In this document: piece by piece, positions 48,185-59,653 of the stretch
How the letters are laid out: the number at the start of each line of letters is the position of its first letter
How positions within the stretch are numbered: position 1 is the first letter of the stretch
Assembly (NCBI GenBank): GCA_965372795.1
Contig: CBDVDR010000012.1
Span: 42,446-106,445 of the forward strand
From: an uncultured bacterium
GTDB taxonomy: Bacteria; Zixibacteria; MSB-5A5; GN15; FEB-12
Direction: 5' to 3'
DNA: 64,000 nucleotides
Notes under the pieces: generated by a model
What the model saw: the letters and a program-made list of their open reading frames with translations, nothing else
Database searches by the model: none
Told to the model about the DNA's origin: nothing
Position numbers and translations under genes: made by a program

Positions 48185-50221
48185 TTATACCCGTTTTGTT
48201 TTTTTCTTTTTCATTTTATTTTTCAATTCATCAATCTCATCCCGAATAAGGGTAGCTGTTTCAAAATCAAGATTTTCCGCTGCTTTTTTCATTGTTTTCA
48301 TCAAAAACTGAACCTGATCTTCACGCCCCATGGCTTCAAATCCGGTTGGTTTTACAAATTTGGCTTCTTCTTCGGTTTTACTGTCAGCGAAGCTTGTTGA
48401 ACGAAGAATTTCTTCACGGGTTTTGAAAACTGTTTCGGGATTGATATTATTTTCTAAGTTATAAGCTGCCTGTTTATCCCTACGCCGGTTGGTTTCATCA
48501 AGTGCTATTTGCATAGAATTAGTAATTTTATCCGCATAAAATATAACTTCACCATCTTTATTCCGCGCGGCTCGTCCGGCAGTTTGAATAAGCGCCCTCG
48601 CTGATCTCAAGAAGCCTTCTTTGTCAGCATCCAAAATGGCAATTAGAGAAACTTCGGGCAGATCAAGTCCTTCTCTTAGGAGATTAACGCCCACTAAAAC
48701 ATCAAATTCAGCCAGCCTTAGATCACGAATAATCCCGGTGCGTTCAATAGCTGCAATTTCACTATGTACATATCTGGCACGAATTCCATTTTTATTTAAA
48801 TAATCGGTAAGGTCTTCAGACATTCTTTTTGTTAAGGTAGTGACTAAAACCCGATCTCCTTTTTCTTTCCTGATTCGGGTTTGTTCAAGGAGGTCGTCAA
48901 CCTGGGTAGCCAATGGTTTAACTATAATTTTTGGGTCAAGCAGACCGGTTGGTCGGATAATCTGGTCGACAATCACCCCTTCGCTTTTTTCAAGCTCATA
49001 ATCAGCCGGGGTCGCCGAGACATAGATTACTTTATTCATCATATTTTCAAATTCCTCAAAAAACAGAGGTCTGTTGTCCAATGCTGAGGGAAGTCTGAAA
49101 CCATGTTCGACAAGGGTGGTTTTCCGGCTGCGATCACCGGCAAACATCCCTCGAACCTGTGGAATAGATTGATGGGATTCATCAATAATTGTAATAAAAT
49201 CGTCCGGGAAAAAATCTATTAAAGTAAATGGACGTTCACCTTCTTTTCTTCCGGATAGATGGCGGGAATAATTCTCAACTCCCGAACAATAACCAATCTC
49301 TTTCAGCATTTCCAGATCGTACTTGGTTCGGCTATCAAGACGTTGAGCCTCAAGGAGTTTGTCTTGTGATCTGAAAAATTCTAACCTTTGGGCAAGCTCG
49401 CTTTCAATTAATTTGATGGCACCTTTTAACTGTTCGGGTGAGGTTATAAAATGTTTAGCAGGATAGATAGACACTCGTTCCCGTTCTGAAATAACTTCCC
49501 CCGTGAGTGGATTAATTTCAGAAATTCGCTCTATTTCATCACCATAAAACTCAATTCTAAATGCATGTTCATGGTAAGCCGGAATCAGTTCAATGGTATC
49601 ACCCCTAACCCGAAACTTTCCCCGTGAAAAATCTATTTCATTTCGAACATAGTGGATTTTTATCAAATCCCGGATCATTTCATCGCGGTCAATGATACTG
49701 TTTTTGTTTATCACCAAAAGTTGATTTTTATATTCTTCAGGAGAACCAAGTCCATAAATACAAGAGACCGAGGCGACAATGATGACATCACTCCGGTCCA
49801 GAAGTGATGCGGTGGCACGCAATCTTAACCGGTCAATATCCTCATTTATGGCTGTGTCTTTCTCGATATAAACATCTGTGGTCGGCACATAAGCTTCCGG
49901 CTGGTAATAGTCATAATAGCTTATGAAGAATTCAACCGCATTATTTGGGAAAAAAGCCTTTAGTTCTCCATAAAGCTGAGCTGCAAGAGTTTTATTATGA
50001 GACATAACGAGAGCCGGTTTGCCATATTGGGCGATAGTATTAGCAATTGTAAAAGTTTTACCGGATCCGGTTACTCCTAAAAGAGTTTGATGCTTTAAGT
50101 TAGAGTTCAGCCCGTCTAATAATTCTTTAATCGCCTGTGGCTGGTCCCCTTTTGGAGTAAAATTTGACTTCAATTCGAAATCAATTTTTTCAGGCATTAT
50201 GTATATTTTATCATTTTTCAT
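48185..50221 (-). CDS. uvrB: Excinuclease ABC subunit B
   Basis: 678 aa. Helicase motifs ([12 protein letters not shown]), beta-hairpin region, and the C-terminal UVR coiled-coil (…[19 protein letters not shown]). Confidence 0.95.
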   Translation of the reverse strand: MKNDKIYIMPEKIDFELKSNFTPKGDQPQAIKELLDGLNSNLKHQTLLGVTGSGKTFTIANTIAQYGKPALVMSHNKTLAAQLYGELKAFFPNNAVEFFISYYDYYQPEAYVPTTDVYIEKDTAINEDIDRLRLRATASLLDRSDVIIVASVSCIYGLGSPEEYKNQLLVINKNSIIDRDEMIRDLIKIHYVRNEIDFSRGKFRVRGDTIELIPAYHEHAFRIEFYGDEIERISEINPLTGEVISERERVSIYPAKHFITSPEQLKGAIKLIESELAQRLEFFRSQDKLLEAQRLDSRTKYDLEMLKEIGYCSGVENYSRHLSGRKEGERPFTLIDFFPDDFITIIDESHQSIPQVRGMFAGDRSRKTTLVEHGFRLPSALDNRPLFFEEFENMMNKVIYVSATPADYELEKSEGVIVDQIIRPTGLLDPKIIVKPLATQVDDLLEQTRIRKEKGDRVLVTTLTKRMSEDLTDYLNKNGIRARYVHSEIAAIERTGIIRDLRLAEFDVLVGVNLLREGLDLPEVSLIAILDADKEGFLRSARALIQTAGRAARNKDGEVIFYADKITNSMQIALDETNRRRDKQAAYNLENNINPETVFKTREEILRSTSFADSKTEEEAKFVKPTGFEAMGREDQVQFLMKTMKKAAENLDFETATLIRDEIDELKNKMKKKKTKRV

Positions 50222-50456
50222 AATTTAGCAAATTTCAGTTTAATTTGTAGTATAGCTTAAGTTGTCTGATTGGACAATCACAAATCAGATGTTAAATTGG
50301 AACTTCTTGTAATCAATATAGTTTAAAATTCAGATTTAAGATGCTTTAACAAGCTTAAAGAGTATATTTTTGCCTTGACTTATGTGTGTAAATTGTTAGT
50401 TTTGTAGGCTTAACTCATTATAAGTTAGTAAATTCTATTTTGGAGGTTGATATATA

Positions 50457-50777
50457 ATGTATGCAGTTTTTGAAGTTTCCGGTTTCCAATTCAATGTTGA
50501 AGAAGGCGCTGTCTTAAGAGTTCCTCTTCAGGATGCTGAAAAAGGCAGTAAAATTGATCTTGATCAGATATTGATGATTAAAAATAATGATAATGTTCTG
50601 GTTGGCACTCCTCTGGTTGAAGGTGCTAAAATTGAGGCAGAAGTTCTTAGTCACGGTAAAGATGATAAAGTACTGATATATAAGTACAAACGTCGTACCA
50701 AATATCGCAGAACTCAAGGGCATCGCCAGGGTTTCAGCGAAATTAAGATCAATAAGATAATTGCACCGGCAAATTAA
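50457..50777 (+). CDS. rplU: 50S ribosomal protein L21
   Basis: 106 aa. MYAVFEVSGFQF… N-terminus and a basic C-terminus typical of bL21. Confidence 0.93.
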   Translation: MYAVFEVSGFQFNVEEGAVLRVPLQDAEKGSKIDLDQILMIKNNDNVLVGTPLVEGAKIEAEVLSHGKDDKVLIYKYKRRTKYRRTQGHRQGFSEIKINKIIAPAN

Positions 50778-50785
50778 ACAGTAAA

Positions 50786-53290
50786 GTGATGAGTCTACGT
50801 AGAGCATGGATAGCTCTCATATTTATATTCAGCATTAGTCTGTTTGCCGGGTCGCTATCCGCCCAAGGAAATTATACTATTGTCGGTATTGAAGTAGAAG
50901 GCAATAGAAAAGCCAGTCGTTCTTTAATCTTAGGTGTATCCTCATTAGATATCGGATCGGCTATCTCCCCTACAGATATCACTGCTACTATCCAGCGTTT
51001 ATATGGTCTTGGTATTTTTTCAGATGTTATTATCGAAGCCGAAGAAGTCCCCGGCGGATTAAAAGTTTACATCGTTTTAAAGGAATTGCCTAAACTTATC
51101 GGATTAAATTTTGAAGGTAATGACAAAATAAAAGATAAAGATCTGAAGGATAAACTTGGACTTGGCGTTGGGGGGTATATTTCTCCGCATTTAATAAGTG
51201 AAAAAAAGAATAAGATTAAATCTATCTATGCTGATAAAGGATATTTCCAGGCTGAGATAACCTCCGAATTAATACATAATACTGATTCAACCGAAGCATC
51301 TTTATTATTTAACATTAAAGAACATGACAAGATTAAAGTTAAAGAAGTAATTGTAACTGGTAACAGCCGTGTTTCTACATCAAGTCTTATCAAAAAAATG
51401 CGCAACCGCAAACGCGGATTTCTGAAAAGCTCTGACTTCGCTCAGGAAAAGTACGTTGAAGATTTACAGAAGGTCATTGAGACTTATCATAACAAAGGTT
51501 TTATCGATGCCTTTATGATTTCAGATTCAATTCGTATTGATAGCCTCGATAATAAAATGATTGTCTATCTTGAAGTTTTTGAAGGTCCCATGTATTACTT
51601 TGGTAATACCGAGTTTGTTGACAATAAAAAACTAAATACTCACTACCTGACCAGAAAACTGAAGCATAAAGAAGGTCAACCGTTTAAGCAGGAAAATTAT
51701 GACGAGTCGATCTATGAACTTTATTCAGCCTATCAGGATATTGGCCATCTTCATGTTCAGATAACAGATGATCGGGTAACCAGATCTGATTCTATTATAG
51801 ATATTTCTTATAGCTTTTCCGAAAATCTCCCCTCAAAAATAAATGAAGTTCGGATTCTTGGTAATACTAAGACAAAAGATTATGTTATCAGACGTGAGAT
51901 TTCGACCCTTCCGGGGCAAACATTTAACCGCTCCCTTCTTATTCGTTCAGTTCGTGATGCGATGGCTTTGAACTATTTTACCAATGTTATGCCGATCCCT
52001 ATAAATCTTCCAAATGGCGATGTTGATGTTGAGTTTCAGGTTGAAGAAAAACAGACCGGACAAATTTCTGCCGGTGCCGGATATAATAGTCAGGATAAAC
52101 TGGTCGGTACTCTGGGAATGGCAATTCCAAATTTCAGAGGCAATGGGCAGAATGTTTCATTCAATGTTGATTTTGGCAGTCGAAGAAACTCATTTATGCT
52201 TTCTTTTACTGAACCATGGTTAATGGGCAGACCTACTTTGTTAGGATCGGATGCTTACACTACTAACCGTCGATGGTTTGATGATTATATTGAAGGCCGT
52301 CAGGGTGGCTCAATAAAACTTGGACGTCGTTTACGCTGGCCCGATAATTATTTCAGAGTGTTTACTTCTTATCGTTTAGAAAGAAATAGATTTTATGATT
52401 TTGATGATGCTTATTTATTAGAGAATTCTCAGAAGCATTATAATCAATATACTTTTGATAGAGTAATTATTGATGACGAGACAGGTCTTGAGGAAACAAT
52501 TACCGTTGACACAACTATCATAGTTGCAAGAGATCCTTTCCCCGGATCGATTATTGAATATAAAGAAGAATGGCTGACCTCTTCCCGGTTTTCTATATCT
52601 CTGACCCGAGATTCTCGTAATTTACCTGAATTTGCAACCAGTGGCTCACTGTTTCAATATACTTTTGAAAATACCGGTGGAATCTTAAGTGGATTTTGGG
52701 AATATCAAAAACACTCAATCTCTTTTGCGAAGTTTTTCCCGATTTACAAAAATATTGCATTTGCGGCCAAGGCTCAATATACTTTCACAACTTCCCCAAA
52801 GGGTGATGATCGCGTGTTGATTTCTGATCGATTTACTCCCGGTGGCACAGCTTATGACGGAATTGTTCGCGGTTATGAAGATGGTTCATTAACACCTGAC
52901 TCAGTAATTTCTTTTGCTGACACTTCTAATTTCTATACTGGTGAGCCTGGTGGAAGTGTAACTTTAGATAGCACTCTTGAACGAAGCTCAAGCTCATTTA
53001 CAACTCGAGTTCGCGGTAAATATATGTTAATTACAAACCTCGAACTTCAAGTTCCAATTGTACAAAATCAAATATATGGTTTAGCTTTTTTTGATGCTGG
53101 AGATACCTGGTTGATGAAAGAAGATATCAAACCATTTTATATGCATCGTTCTTTAGGTTTTGGGTTCCGAGTAGTCGTTCCGGGAATTGGAACGATTGGT
53201 TTTGACTTTGCCAAACGACTCGACAGTTCAACATCGGGCGAAAAAGGCGGTTGGAAACCACATTTCCAAATGGGTACCACATTTAGGTAA
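50786..53290 (+). CDS. bamA: Outer membrane protein assembly factor BamA
   Basis: 834 aa. Five POTRA-like repeats and a C-terminal Omp85 barrel. Followed by skp and lpxD, the canonical neighbourhood. Confidence 0.88.
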   Translation: MMSLRRAWIALIFIFSISLFAGSLSAQGNYTIVGIEVEGNRKASRSLILGVSSLDIGSAISPTDITATIQRLYGLGIFSDVIIEAEEVPGGLKVYIVLKELPKLIGLNFEGNDKIKDKDLKDKLGLGVGGYISPHLISEKKNKIKSIYADKGYFQAEITSELIHNTDSTEASLLFNIKEHDKIKVKEVIVTGNSRVSTSSLIKKMRNRKRGFLKSSDFAQEKYVEDLQKVIETYHNKGFIDAFMISDSIRIDSLDNKMIVYLEVFEGPMYYFGNTEFVDNKKLNTHYLTRKLKHKEGQPFKQENYDESIYELYSAYQDIGHLHVQITDDRVTRSDSIIDISYSFSENLPSKINEVRILGNTKTKDYVIRREISTLPGQTFNRSLLIRSVRDAMALNYFTNVMPIPINLPNGDVDVEFQVEEKQTGQISAGAGYNSQDKLVGTLGMAIPNFRGNGQNVSFNVDFGSRRNSFMLSFTEPWLMGRPTLLGSDAYTTNRRWFDDYIEGRQGGSIKLGRRLRWPDNYFRVFTSYRLERNRFYDFDDAYLLENSQKHYNQYTFDRVIIDDETGLEETITVDTTIIVARDPFPGSIIEYKEEWLTSSRFSISLTRDSRNLPEFATSGSLFQYTFENTGGILSGFWEYQKHSISFAKFFPIYKNIAFAAKAQYTFTTSPKGDDRVLISDRFTPGGTAYDGIVRGYEDGSLTPDSVISFADTSNFYTGEPGGSVTLDSTLERSSSSFTTRVRGKYMLITNLELQVPIVQNQIYGLAFFDAGDTWLMKEDIKPFYMHRSLGFGFRVVVPGIGTIGFDFAKRLDSSTSGEKGGWKPHFQMGTTFR

Positions 53291-53322
53291 AAATAATTTT
53301 CATATGATAGGGAGTTTTATTA

Positions 53323-53859
53323 ATGCGTCTTTTTAAAAACTATTTAATTGCCACTCTAATTTTAACCGTCGTCTGTTTTTCTGCAATAGGATCAGTTTCA
53401 GCACAAGGTTTGAAAATGGGTTTCGTAAATGACGAACGGATTAAAGTAGAGTATAAAGCCTGGCAAAAGGCTCAGGATGATTGGGAATTAGAAGCCAAAG
53501 CCTGGGAAGATGAAGCTGTTCAGATGCAGCAGGATCTACAGGATTTAGTTGATGAATTTGAAAAACAAAAGCTGATTCTTTCTGAAGAAAAGAAAAAAGA
53601 GAAAGAAGCTGCTATTAATGTCAAGACAGACGCCCTTGATAACTACACTCGTCGAATATTCGGTCCAAATGGGGAAGCTGAACGCAAACAGGCGCAATTG
53701 CTTCAGCCATTACTTGAAAAAGTAACTCAGTCAATTGAGGCGGTTGCTATTGAACAAAATTATGATGTAATTTTCACCCTTCAAAGCGGTTTGGGATATA
53801 TCAAGGAAAGTTACGACCTGACAGACAAAGTCCTTGAGTATCTTGACAATCTGGAATAA
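53323..53859 (+). CDS. skp: OmpH/Skp periplasmic chaperone
   Basis: 178 aa. Signal peptide and a long coiled-coil Skp-like body. Confidence 0.8.
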   Translation: MRLFKNYLIATLILTVVCFSAIGSVSAQGLKMGFVNDERIKVEYKAWQKAQDDWELEAKAWEDEAVQMQQDLQDLVDEFEKQKLILSEEKKKEKEAAINVKTDALDNYTRRIFGPNGEAERKQAQLLQPLLEKVTQSIEAVAIEQNYDVIFTLQSGLGYIKESYDLTDKVLEYLDNLE

Positions 53860-53865
53860 AATATT

Positions 53866-54873
53866 ATGCAGTTAACCCTCAAAGAAATTGCCGAACGCAT
53901 CGAGGGAACTGTACAAGGTAACGGCGACGCTATTATAAATGGTGTCGCCCCTATCTCTACAGCCAACAACAACGAAATCACCTTCATTGCGAATAAAGAA
54001 TATCTTAAATACTTAAGCGATACAAATGCCGGTGCGGTAGTGCTTGACCCGGATGCACCCGAAACTTCCATTCCTTCAATTCGTATTAAAAATCCATACC
54101 TGGCCTTTTCATATATAATTGATATTTTTAATCCTATCAAACCAAGAGTTGCTTCCGGAATTCATCCAACTGCGATAATCGGAGACAATGCAAAGATTGA
54201 CGACTCTGCAGGAATCGGAGCTTTTTGTCATTTTGAAAAAAACAGCAAAATTGGAAAGAACTGTCAATTTGTATCCTCTGTTTATATTGGAAAAAACGCA
54301 ACCATCGGTGATAATTGTCTGATTTACCCCGGGGTGAAAATAATGGATGACACCAAAATTGGTGATAATGTTATTATCCACGCTGGGACTGTGATTGGAT
54401 CGGATGGATTTGGATATGCCGAGAGCCCGATGGGTCTTAAAAAAATCCAACAAATTGGCTGGGTTGAAATTGGCAACAATGTCGAAATCGGCTCAAATGT
54501 GTCAATTGATCGGGGAGCATTGGGTCCGACAAAAATAGGTGACCGGACCAAAATTGATAATTTGGTGCAAATCGCTCATAATGTCGAAACGGGAACGGAC
54601 TGCATTATTATCAGTCAGGTTGGCATTGCCGGATCAACTAAACTTGGGAATAGAGTTATCCTTGCCGGTCAAGTTGGCTTAGTCGGACATATTACAATTG
54701 GTGATGATACAAAGGTTGGGGCTCAGTCCGGAGTCAAAAAGAATCTCGAAGCCGGTAAGACATATTTCGGTTCCCCTGCTCGTGAATTTATAGAAACATC
54801 TCGGATTGAGGCTTCTCTCAAACGACTTCCTGAATTATTAAAGAGAGTTAAAAAACTCGAAAAAGATCAGTAA
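53866..54873 (+). CDS. lpxD: UDP-3-O-acylglucosamine N-acyltransferase
   Basis: 335 aa. Left-handed beta-helix hexapeptide repeats. The lpxD-specific N-terminus and the catalytic His region are present. Confidence 0.93.
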   Translation: MQLTLKEIAERIEGTVQGNGDAIINGVAPISTANNNEITFIANKEYLKYLSDTNAGAVVLDPDAPETSIPSIRIKNPYLAFSYIIDIFNPIKPRVASGIHPTAIIGDNAKIDDSAGIGAFCHFEKNSKIGKNCQFVSSVYIGKNATIGDNCLIYPGVKIMDDTKIGDNVIIHAGTVIGSDGFGYAESPMGLKKIQQIGWVEIGNNVEIGSNVSIDRGALGPTKIGDRTKIDNLVQIAHNVETGTDCIIISQVGIAGSTKLGNRVILAGQVGLVGHITIGDDTKVGAQSGVKKNLEAGKTYFGSPAREFIETSRIEASLKRLPELLKRVKKLEKDQ

Positions 54874-54891
54874 TTAAAAAGACTATTCTAT

Positions 54892-54918
54892 AAAAAAAGC
54901 CGCTTTGAGCGGCTTTTT
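54892..54918. terminator. Bidirectional rho-independent terminator (lpxD / ssb)
   Basis: aaaaaaa-gccgctttgagcggc-ttttt. A perfect hairpin flanked by A- and T-runs. Confidence 0.8.
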
Positions 54919-54939
54919 ATTTATCTAAACTAAAATTCT

Positions 54940-55371
54940 TTAGAAAGGAAGGTCATCATCTTCCCCGGTATTTCCCGGAGGAGCAGCTGGTGGTGTTTGA
55001 CTGTCAGAACTCTGTGATTGTGCAGGAGCACCGCCGGTGTCTCCCCGACCACCAATAAATTGGAAATTCTGTACAACGACTTCTGAGATATACTTTTTAT
55101 TACCCTCTTTATCATCATAGCTGCGATTAGCAATACGGCCTTCCAGGTAGATTTCACGACCTTTAGCCATATATTCTTTAATGATTTCAGCCGGTTTACC
55201 CCAGACAACAATATTGTGCCAGGTAGTACTCTCATTTTTCTGACCGTCTTGACCAGTCCATCTCTCACTGGTGGCTAATGAAAAAGTTGTGACCGCTTTA
55301 CCGCTGGGGGTATATCTTAATTCAGGATCCTTCCCCAATCTGCCAATCAGAATCGCTTTGTTTACACTCAT
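54940..55371 (-). CDS. ssb: Single-stranded DNA-binding protein
   Basis: 143 aa. OB-fold N-terminus (AILIGRLGKDPELRYTPSG) and an acidic tail ending DDDLPF. Confidence 0.95.
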   Translation of the reverse strand: MSVNKAILIGRLGKDPELRYTPSGKAVTTFSLATSERWTGQDGQKNESTTWHNIVVWGKPAEIIKEYMAKGREIYLEGRIANRSYDDKEGNKKYISEVVVQNFQFIGGRGDTGGAPAQSQSSDSQTPPAAPPGNTGEDDDLPF

Positions 55372-55505
55372 CGTTTCCCCTTGTTATTTTAATTTAGAAG
55401 AATATTACAATAGATTTATCTGGCTGTCAAGTGTTGGAATATTTTCCTTGAATAAGAATGTGAAATCTTTTATCGTATATAATTGATAATGATATAAGGG
55501 GAAAT

Positions 55506-56315
55506 ATGAAGAATTATTTGAATTTAGATAATGCGACAAAAACCAGCAAACGATTTATTACCGGCAAACTTAACCAATCCGGATTAGAGGGCTATGTAAT
55601 TGGGCTTTCCGGCGGTATCGATTCGGCAGTCTCGGCTACTCTGGCGGTTGAAGCGATTGGAAAAGAGAAGGTATATGGGCTTTTGATGCCCTATAGCACA
55701 TCATCTGAATCATCAGTGACTGATGCAATGGTATTGGTTGAAAAACTTGGTATTGATTATCAAAAATATGATATATCGCCGATGATTGATGCTTATTTTG
55801 AAGATATTTCCAAAGTTAATCGACTTCGAGCCGGAAATAAAATGGCACGTGAAAGAATGTCAATTCTATTTGATATTGCTTATGGTAAAAACTACCTCGT
55901 CCTTGGAACCGGTAACCGAACTGAAATATGCCTCGGATATACGACCTGGTATGGCGACGCCGCCTGTTCAATTGACCCGATAGGAGAATTTTATAAAACC
56001 GAAGTTAAAATGATTGCGAAAAAATTGGACATCCCGGAATCTATAATCTCAAAACCGCCGTCGGCTGATCTTTGGGAAGGTCAAACTGATGAGGACGAGA
56101 TCGGTGTTACTTATGACCAGATTGATAAACTTCTTGAATCAATCATTGATAACGGAATAATTTCAATGAAAGAATTAGTTTCCCAAGGCTTCAATCAAAT
56201 CGACATAAGCCGGGTGATTTCTCTTTTGAACAGATTTAGTTTCAAACGGAGGATGCCCGATGTTGCTCCTCTTGGTCGCATTGCTATTCCTGAATATATA
56301 AAGATTGAAGAATAA
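55506..56315 (+). CDS. nadE: NH3-dependent NAD+ synthetase
   Basis: 269 aa. PP-loop GLSGGIDSAV and the NadE core. Confidence 0.9.
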   Translation: MKNYLNLDNATKTSKRFITGKLNQSGLEGYVIGLSGGIDSAVSATLAVEAIGKEKVYGLLMPYSTSSESSVTDAMVLVEKLGIDYQKYDISPMIDAYFEDISKVNRLRAGNKMARERMSILFDIAYGKNYLVLGTGNRTEICLGYTTWYGDAACSIDPIGEFYKTEVKMIAKKLDIPESIISKPPSADLWEGQTDEDEIGVTYDQIDKLLESIIDNGIISMKELVSQGFNQIDISRVISLLNRFSFKRRMPDVAPLGRIAIPEYIKIEE

Positions 56316-57033
56316 CTTACGAATGACTAACAAAGGCAAATTATACCTCATCCCCACTCCGATAGGAAATTTGGGTGATATCACCCGTAGAGCCCTTGAG
56401 ATTCTTGAGGAGGTCGATCTGATCGCCTGTGAAGATACAAGGCACAGCGGGTCGTTACTAAAAAAACTTGGAATAAGTAAAAAGTTAATCAGCTATCATG
56501 ATTTCAATGAATCTCAGCGAGCCGGGCAACTATTGGAAAATTTAAATTCCGGTCAGTCTATTGGTGTCATAACCGATGCCGGTTCACCGGGAATTTCTGA
56601 CCCTGCTTATAGGATAGTCAGAATTGCCGTTGATAACGGGATCGAAATAATTCCACTTCCCGGAGCCTCGGCAATAATCCCTGCCCTGACTGGTTCCGGT
56701 TTGCCAACCGACCGATTTTATTTTGAAGGATTTCTGCCCCATAAAGGTGCTGCCAGAAAAAAAAGACTGGGCGCATTGGAAAATATGGAATGTACGCTTC
56801 TTTTTTATGAATCACCTCATCGGGTTTTAAAATCATTAATCGACATCAAAGAAGTTTTAGGCAATCGACAGGCGTGTCTGGCGCGAGAAATTAGTAAGAT
56901 TTATGAAGAGTTCATCCGCGGGACAGTCGAAGAAATCATAGAAATAATATCTAATCGAACTATTAAAGGTGAAATCGTTTTGATTGTTGCCGGATTCGAG
57001 GCTAAAAAAGAACGCAAATCTAAATATGAATAA
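56305..57033 (+). CDS. rsmI: 16S rRNA (cytidine1402-2'-O)-methyltransferase RsmI
   Basis: 242 aa. GKLYLIPTPIGNLGDIT…IACEDTRHSG tetrapyrrole-methylase-like motifs. Confidence 0.9.
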   Translation: MKNNLRMTNKGKLYLIPTPIGNLGDITRRALEILEEVDLIACEDTRHSGSLLKKLGISKKLISYHDFNESQRAGQLLENLNSGQSIGVITDAGSPGISDPAYRIVRIAVDNGIEIIPLPGASAIIPALTGSGLPTDRFYFEGFLPHKGAARKKRLGALENMECTLLFYESPHRVLKSLIDIKEVLGNRQACLAREISKIYEEFIRGTVEEIIEIISNRTIKGEIVLIVAGFEAKKERKSKYE

Positions 57034-57913
57034 AAAACAACTGAAGCTTCTTCCTTTTGACTGGCTATTAATCGGCTATTCAACTTTAATGATTTCACTA
57101 ATTATTGTTTTTGCAAGACCATTTACTGAATACGTTGATGATATCCTATTTTATGCCTCAATGATTCTGACGGTTTATGTTATTGTAAAGTTTGCCAACG
57201 AACGCGAAATCCGCTGGAAATATTTTATAAGATTATTATATCCGGTATTTCTGTTTACTTTTTTATATAACCGAACCGGTGAATTCATGTTTTTGCTGTT
57301 TGATCATTTTCTGGATGCTCAATTGGTAGCTTTTGAAAAATCTATCTTCGGTTTTAATCCAACCTTGTATATTGATGCAAATTTACTTTCTGTGATTCCG
57401 AACGAAATTTTATCATTCTGTTATTTCTGTTACTATTTTATGATTCCCGTCTTTTTTATTAGTCTGTTTTTGAAAAAGGAATACTTAATTACCAAGCAGG
57501 CTATGACGGCAGTTTGTTTGACATTTTTCCTTTCGTATTTACTATTCTTTTTATATCCAATTCAGGGACCAAGATATCATTATGCCGGACAGTATATAAA
57601 TAATATTGAGGGTCCGGTTTTTCGTCAGATAGTTGAATATATTATTCATAACGGCGCTGTCCGGGGCGGTTGCATGCCATCAACCCATTTTGCCGTTGCC
57701 CTTGTAATTAATTTGTTCTGTTTCAAACATTTTAAAACATTTGGCTGGATTCTATTGTTTATTAATATCGGGATGGCGATTGGAACTTTCTGGGGAAGGT
57801 TTCATTATGTTTACGATGTATTTATTGGCGGGCTTATCGGATTGGGAGCAACTTTTTTAGTTTGGAATCAGTACAACAAATGGACATCTTGTGAAGAGAA
57901 TTTAAATGAATAA
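57026..57913 (+). CDS. PAP2-superfamily membrane protein (phosphatase or lipid-phosphate transferase-like)
   Basis: About 296 aa from the Met overlapping the rsmI stop (ATGAATAA). Multiple TM helices and a PSTH…R motif (CMPSTHFAVAL) resembling PAP2 motif C2. Confidence 0.6.
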   Translation: MNKKQLKLLPFDWLLIGYSTLMISLIIVFARPFTEYVDDILFYASMILTVYVIVKFANEREIRWKYFIRLLYPVFLFTFLYNRTGEFMFLLFDHFLDAQLVAFEKSIFGFNPTLYIDANLLSVIPNEILSFCYFCYYFMIPVFFISLFLKKEYLITKQAMTAVCLTFFLSYLLFFLYPIQGPRYHYAGQYINNIEGPVFRQIVEYIIHNGAVRGGCMPSTHFAVALVINLFCFKHFKTFGWILLFINIGMAIGTFWGRFHYVYDVFIGGLIGLGATFLVWNQYNKWTSCEENLNE

Positions 57914-57928
57914 GGATTATATTTAAGA

Positions 57929-58729
57929 ATGTACCCTGAGCTGTTTCATATTGGACCTATTCCAATTCGTGGTTACGGAGTAATGCTGGCTGCTTCATTT
58001 TTCCTTGGAGTATTATATATAAAATGGATTGCCAAACGCGATGACAAACCATTCGAGGAGTATCTTGCAATCGCCTATATCATGATTTTCGGCGGAGTGA
58101 TTGGGGGACGGTTATCATATGTTCTATTTCATCTTGATGATTTTGCAAATGACTGGACTTCTACTTTTAATCCCTTCAGTTCCGGTCAATTTGGCATTGC
58201 CGGTTTAAATTTATATGGTGGAGTATTACTGGCTCTTTTGGGCACTTTTATTTATTGCCGTATAAAAAAAATATCTGTTCTTGATACCTTCGATTATTTC
58301 TCACCCACAATGGGAATCGGCTTAGCTCTTGGACGCGTTGGATGTTTATTAAACGGATGTTGTTTTGGAACGCCTACGGAACTTCCCTGGGGAATCAATT
58401 ATTCTTTGGGTTCAATACCATATATGATCTATGGTGATATTTCTTTGCACCCATCACAAATTTATAGTTCTCTATATGGATTGGGTTTATTTGTTCTTCT
58501 TAATGCATTGTTGAAAAAAAGAAAGTTTATTGGACAACCAATTGGTATCTACTTAATGATTGAAGCCCTATTTAGAATCGGGATTGAATACGTTCGGTAT
58601 TATGAGGATGCTATGTATTTTGCCTTTGGAAGTGTTCAAATTACATATAATTATTTGATAGCTCTATTCCTGTTCTCGCTTGGATTAGTTATCTATATTA
58701 CTCAAAAGAAAAACATTATAATAAAGTAA
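57929..58729 (+). CDS. lgt: Prolipoprotein diacylglyceryl transferase
   Basis: 266 aa. N-terminal …IGPIPIRGYGVMLA… and the Lgt signature region (…GRVGCLLNGCCFG…). Confidence 0.9.
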   Translation: MYPELFHIGPIPIRGYGVMLAASFFLGVLYIKWIAKRDDKPFEEYLAIAYIMIFGGVIGGRLSYVLFHLDDFANDWTSTFNPFSSGQFGIAGLNLYGGVLLALLGTFIYCRIKKISVLDTFDYFSPTMGIGLALGRVGCLLNGCCFGTPTELPWGINYSLGSIPYMIYGDISLHPSQIYSSLYGLGLFVLLNALLKKRKFIGQPIGIYLMIEALFRIGIEYVRYYEDAMYFAFGSVQITYNYLIALFLFSLGLVIYITQKKNIIIK

Positions 58730-58909
58730 TCATTTTACTTTTCAATGACTTCTATTTGCAAATGATTTCTATTTGCAAATAGAATTAAATTTCATTCAAA
58801 ATAAAACTTTATTTGTGAATAATTTATCTTTATTTACATAAAGATATTGACAAAAGAGTACCTTTTTGGTTTCATTTGTAAATGAAAATATATTTAACGG
58901 AGGTATAGA

Positions 58910-59653
58910 TTGAAACAACCTCGTATTCCTCAACAAGTCATTCCATTGGTAATCATATTTATAATTTTGATTGCTACCTTCATTTCAGTACGAACGGTTT
59001 TTGAACCGGAGTCCTTTGGTGAACTGGGACATTACCGTGCTGATGCCATTGGTGAGAATATGGACTTGGAACTAGTTTATGCCGGTTACGAAGCATGTTA
59101 TGACTGTCATGATGACATTTATGAAGAGAAACAGGATGCAAACCATCGATCAGTTTCGTGTGAAGTTTGTCATGGTCCAGCAGCAAAGCATGTTGAAGAA
59201 CCGGAAGAATTCACACCAACGGCACCCAGGGAAAGAGGTCAGTGTCCCCTTTGCCATGGATACAATGCCGCCCGTCCTTCAGGATTTCCTCAAATTTTAC
59301 CTGAACAGCATAACCTTGGAAAACCTTGTATGTCTTGCCATAACCCCCACAGCCCTACGACACCTAGTGCAATAGAAGATTGTAATGCTTGTCATAGAAA
59401 AATTTCACGGGTTATGAATGTCTCGCATCATACAACATTATCCTGTGAACAGTGTCATGTCGTACCTAAAGAACATTTCACTAATCCAAGATCAGTAGAC
59501 GCACAAAAACCAGTTTCTCGGAAATTATGTGGTTCTTGTCATGATAAGCAATCAAAAATAGCTGCAGGAATTCCCAAAATTAACATGATGACACATAATG
59601 AACGATACATGTGCTGGGATTGCCATTACGCACATTCTCCGGAGGCAAATTGA
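58910..59653 (+). CDS. Membrane-anchored octaheme c-type cytochrome
   Basis: 247 aa. N-terminal TM helix and eight CxxCH motifs (CYDCH, CEVCH, CPLCH, CMSCH, CNACH, CEQCH, CGSCH, CWDCH). Confidence 0.85.
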   Translation: MKQPRIPQQVIPLVIIFIILIATFISVRTVFEPESFGELGHYRADAIGENMDLELVYAGYEACYDCHDDIYEEKQDANHRSVSCEVCHGPAAKHVEEPEEFTPTAPRERGQCPLCHGYNAARPSGFPQILPEQHNLGKPCMSCHNPHSPTTPSAIEDCNACHRKISRVMNVSHHTTLSCEQCHVVPKEHFTNPRSVDAQKPVSRKLCGSCHDKQSKIAAGIPKINMMTHNERYMCWDCHYAHSPEAN

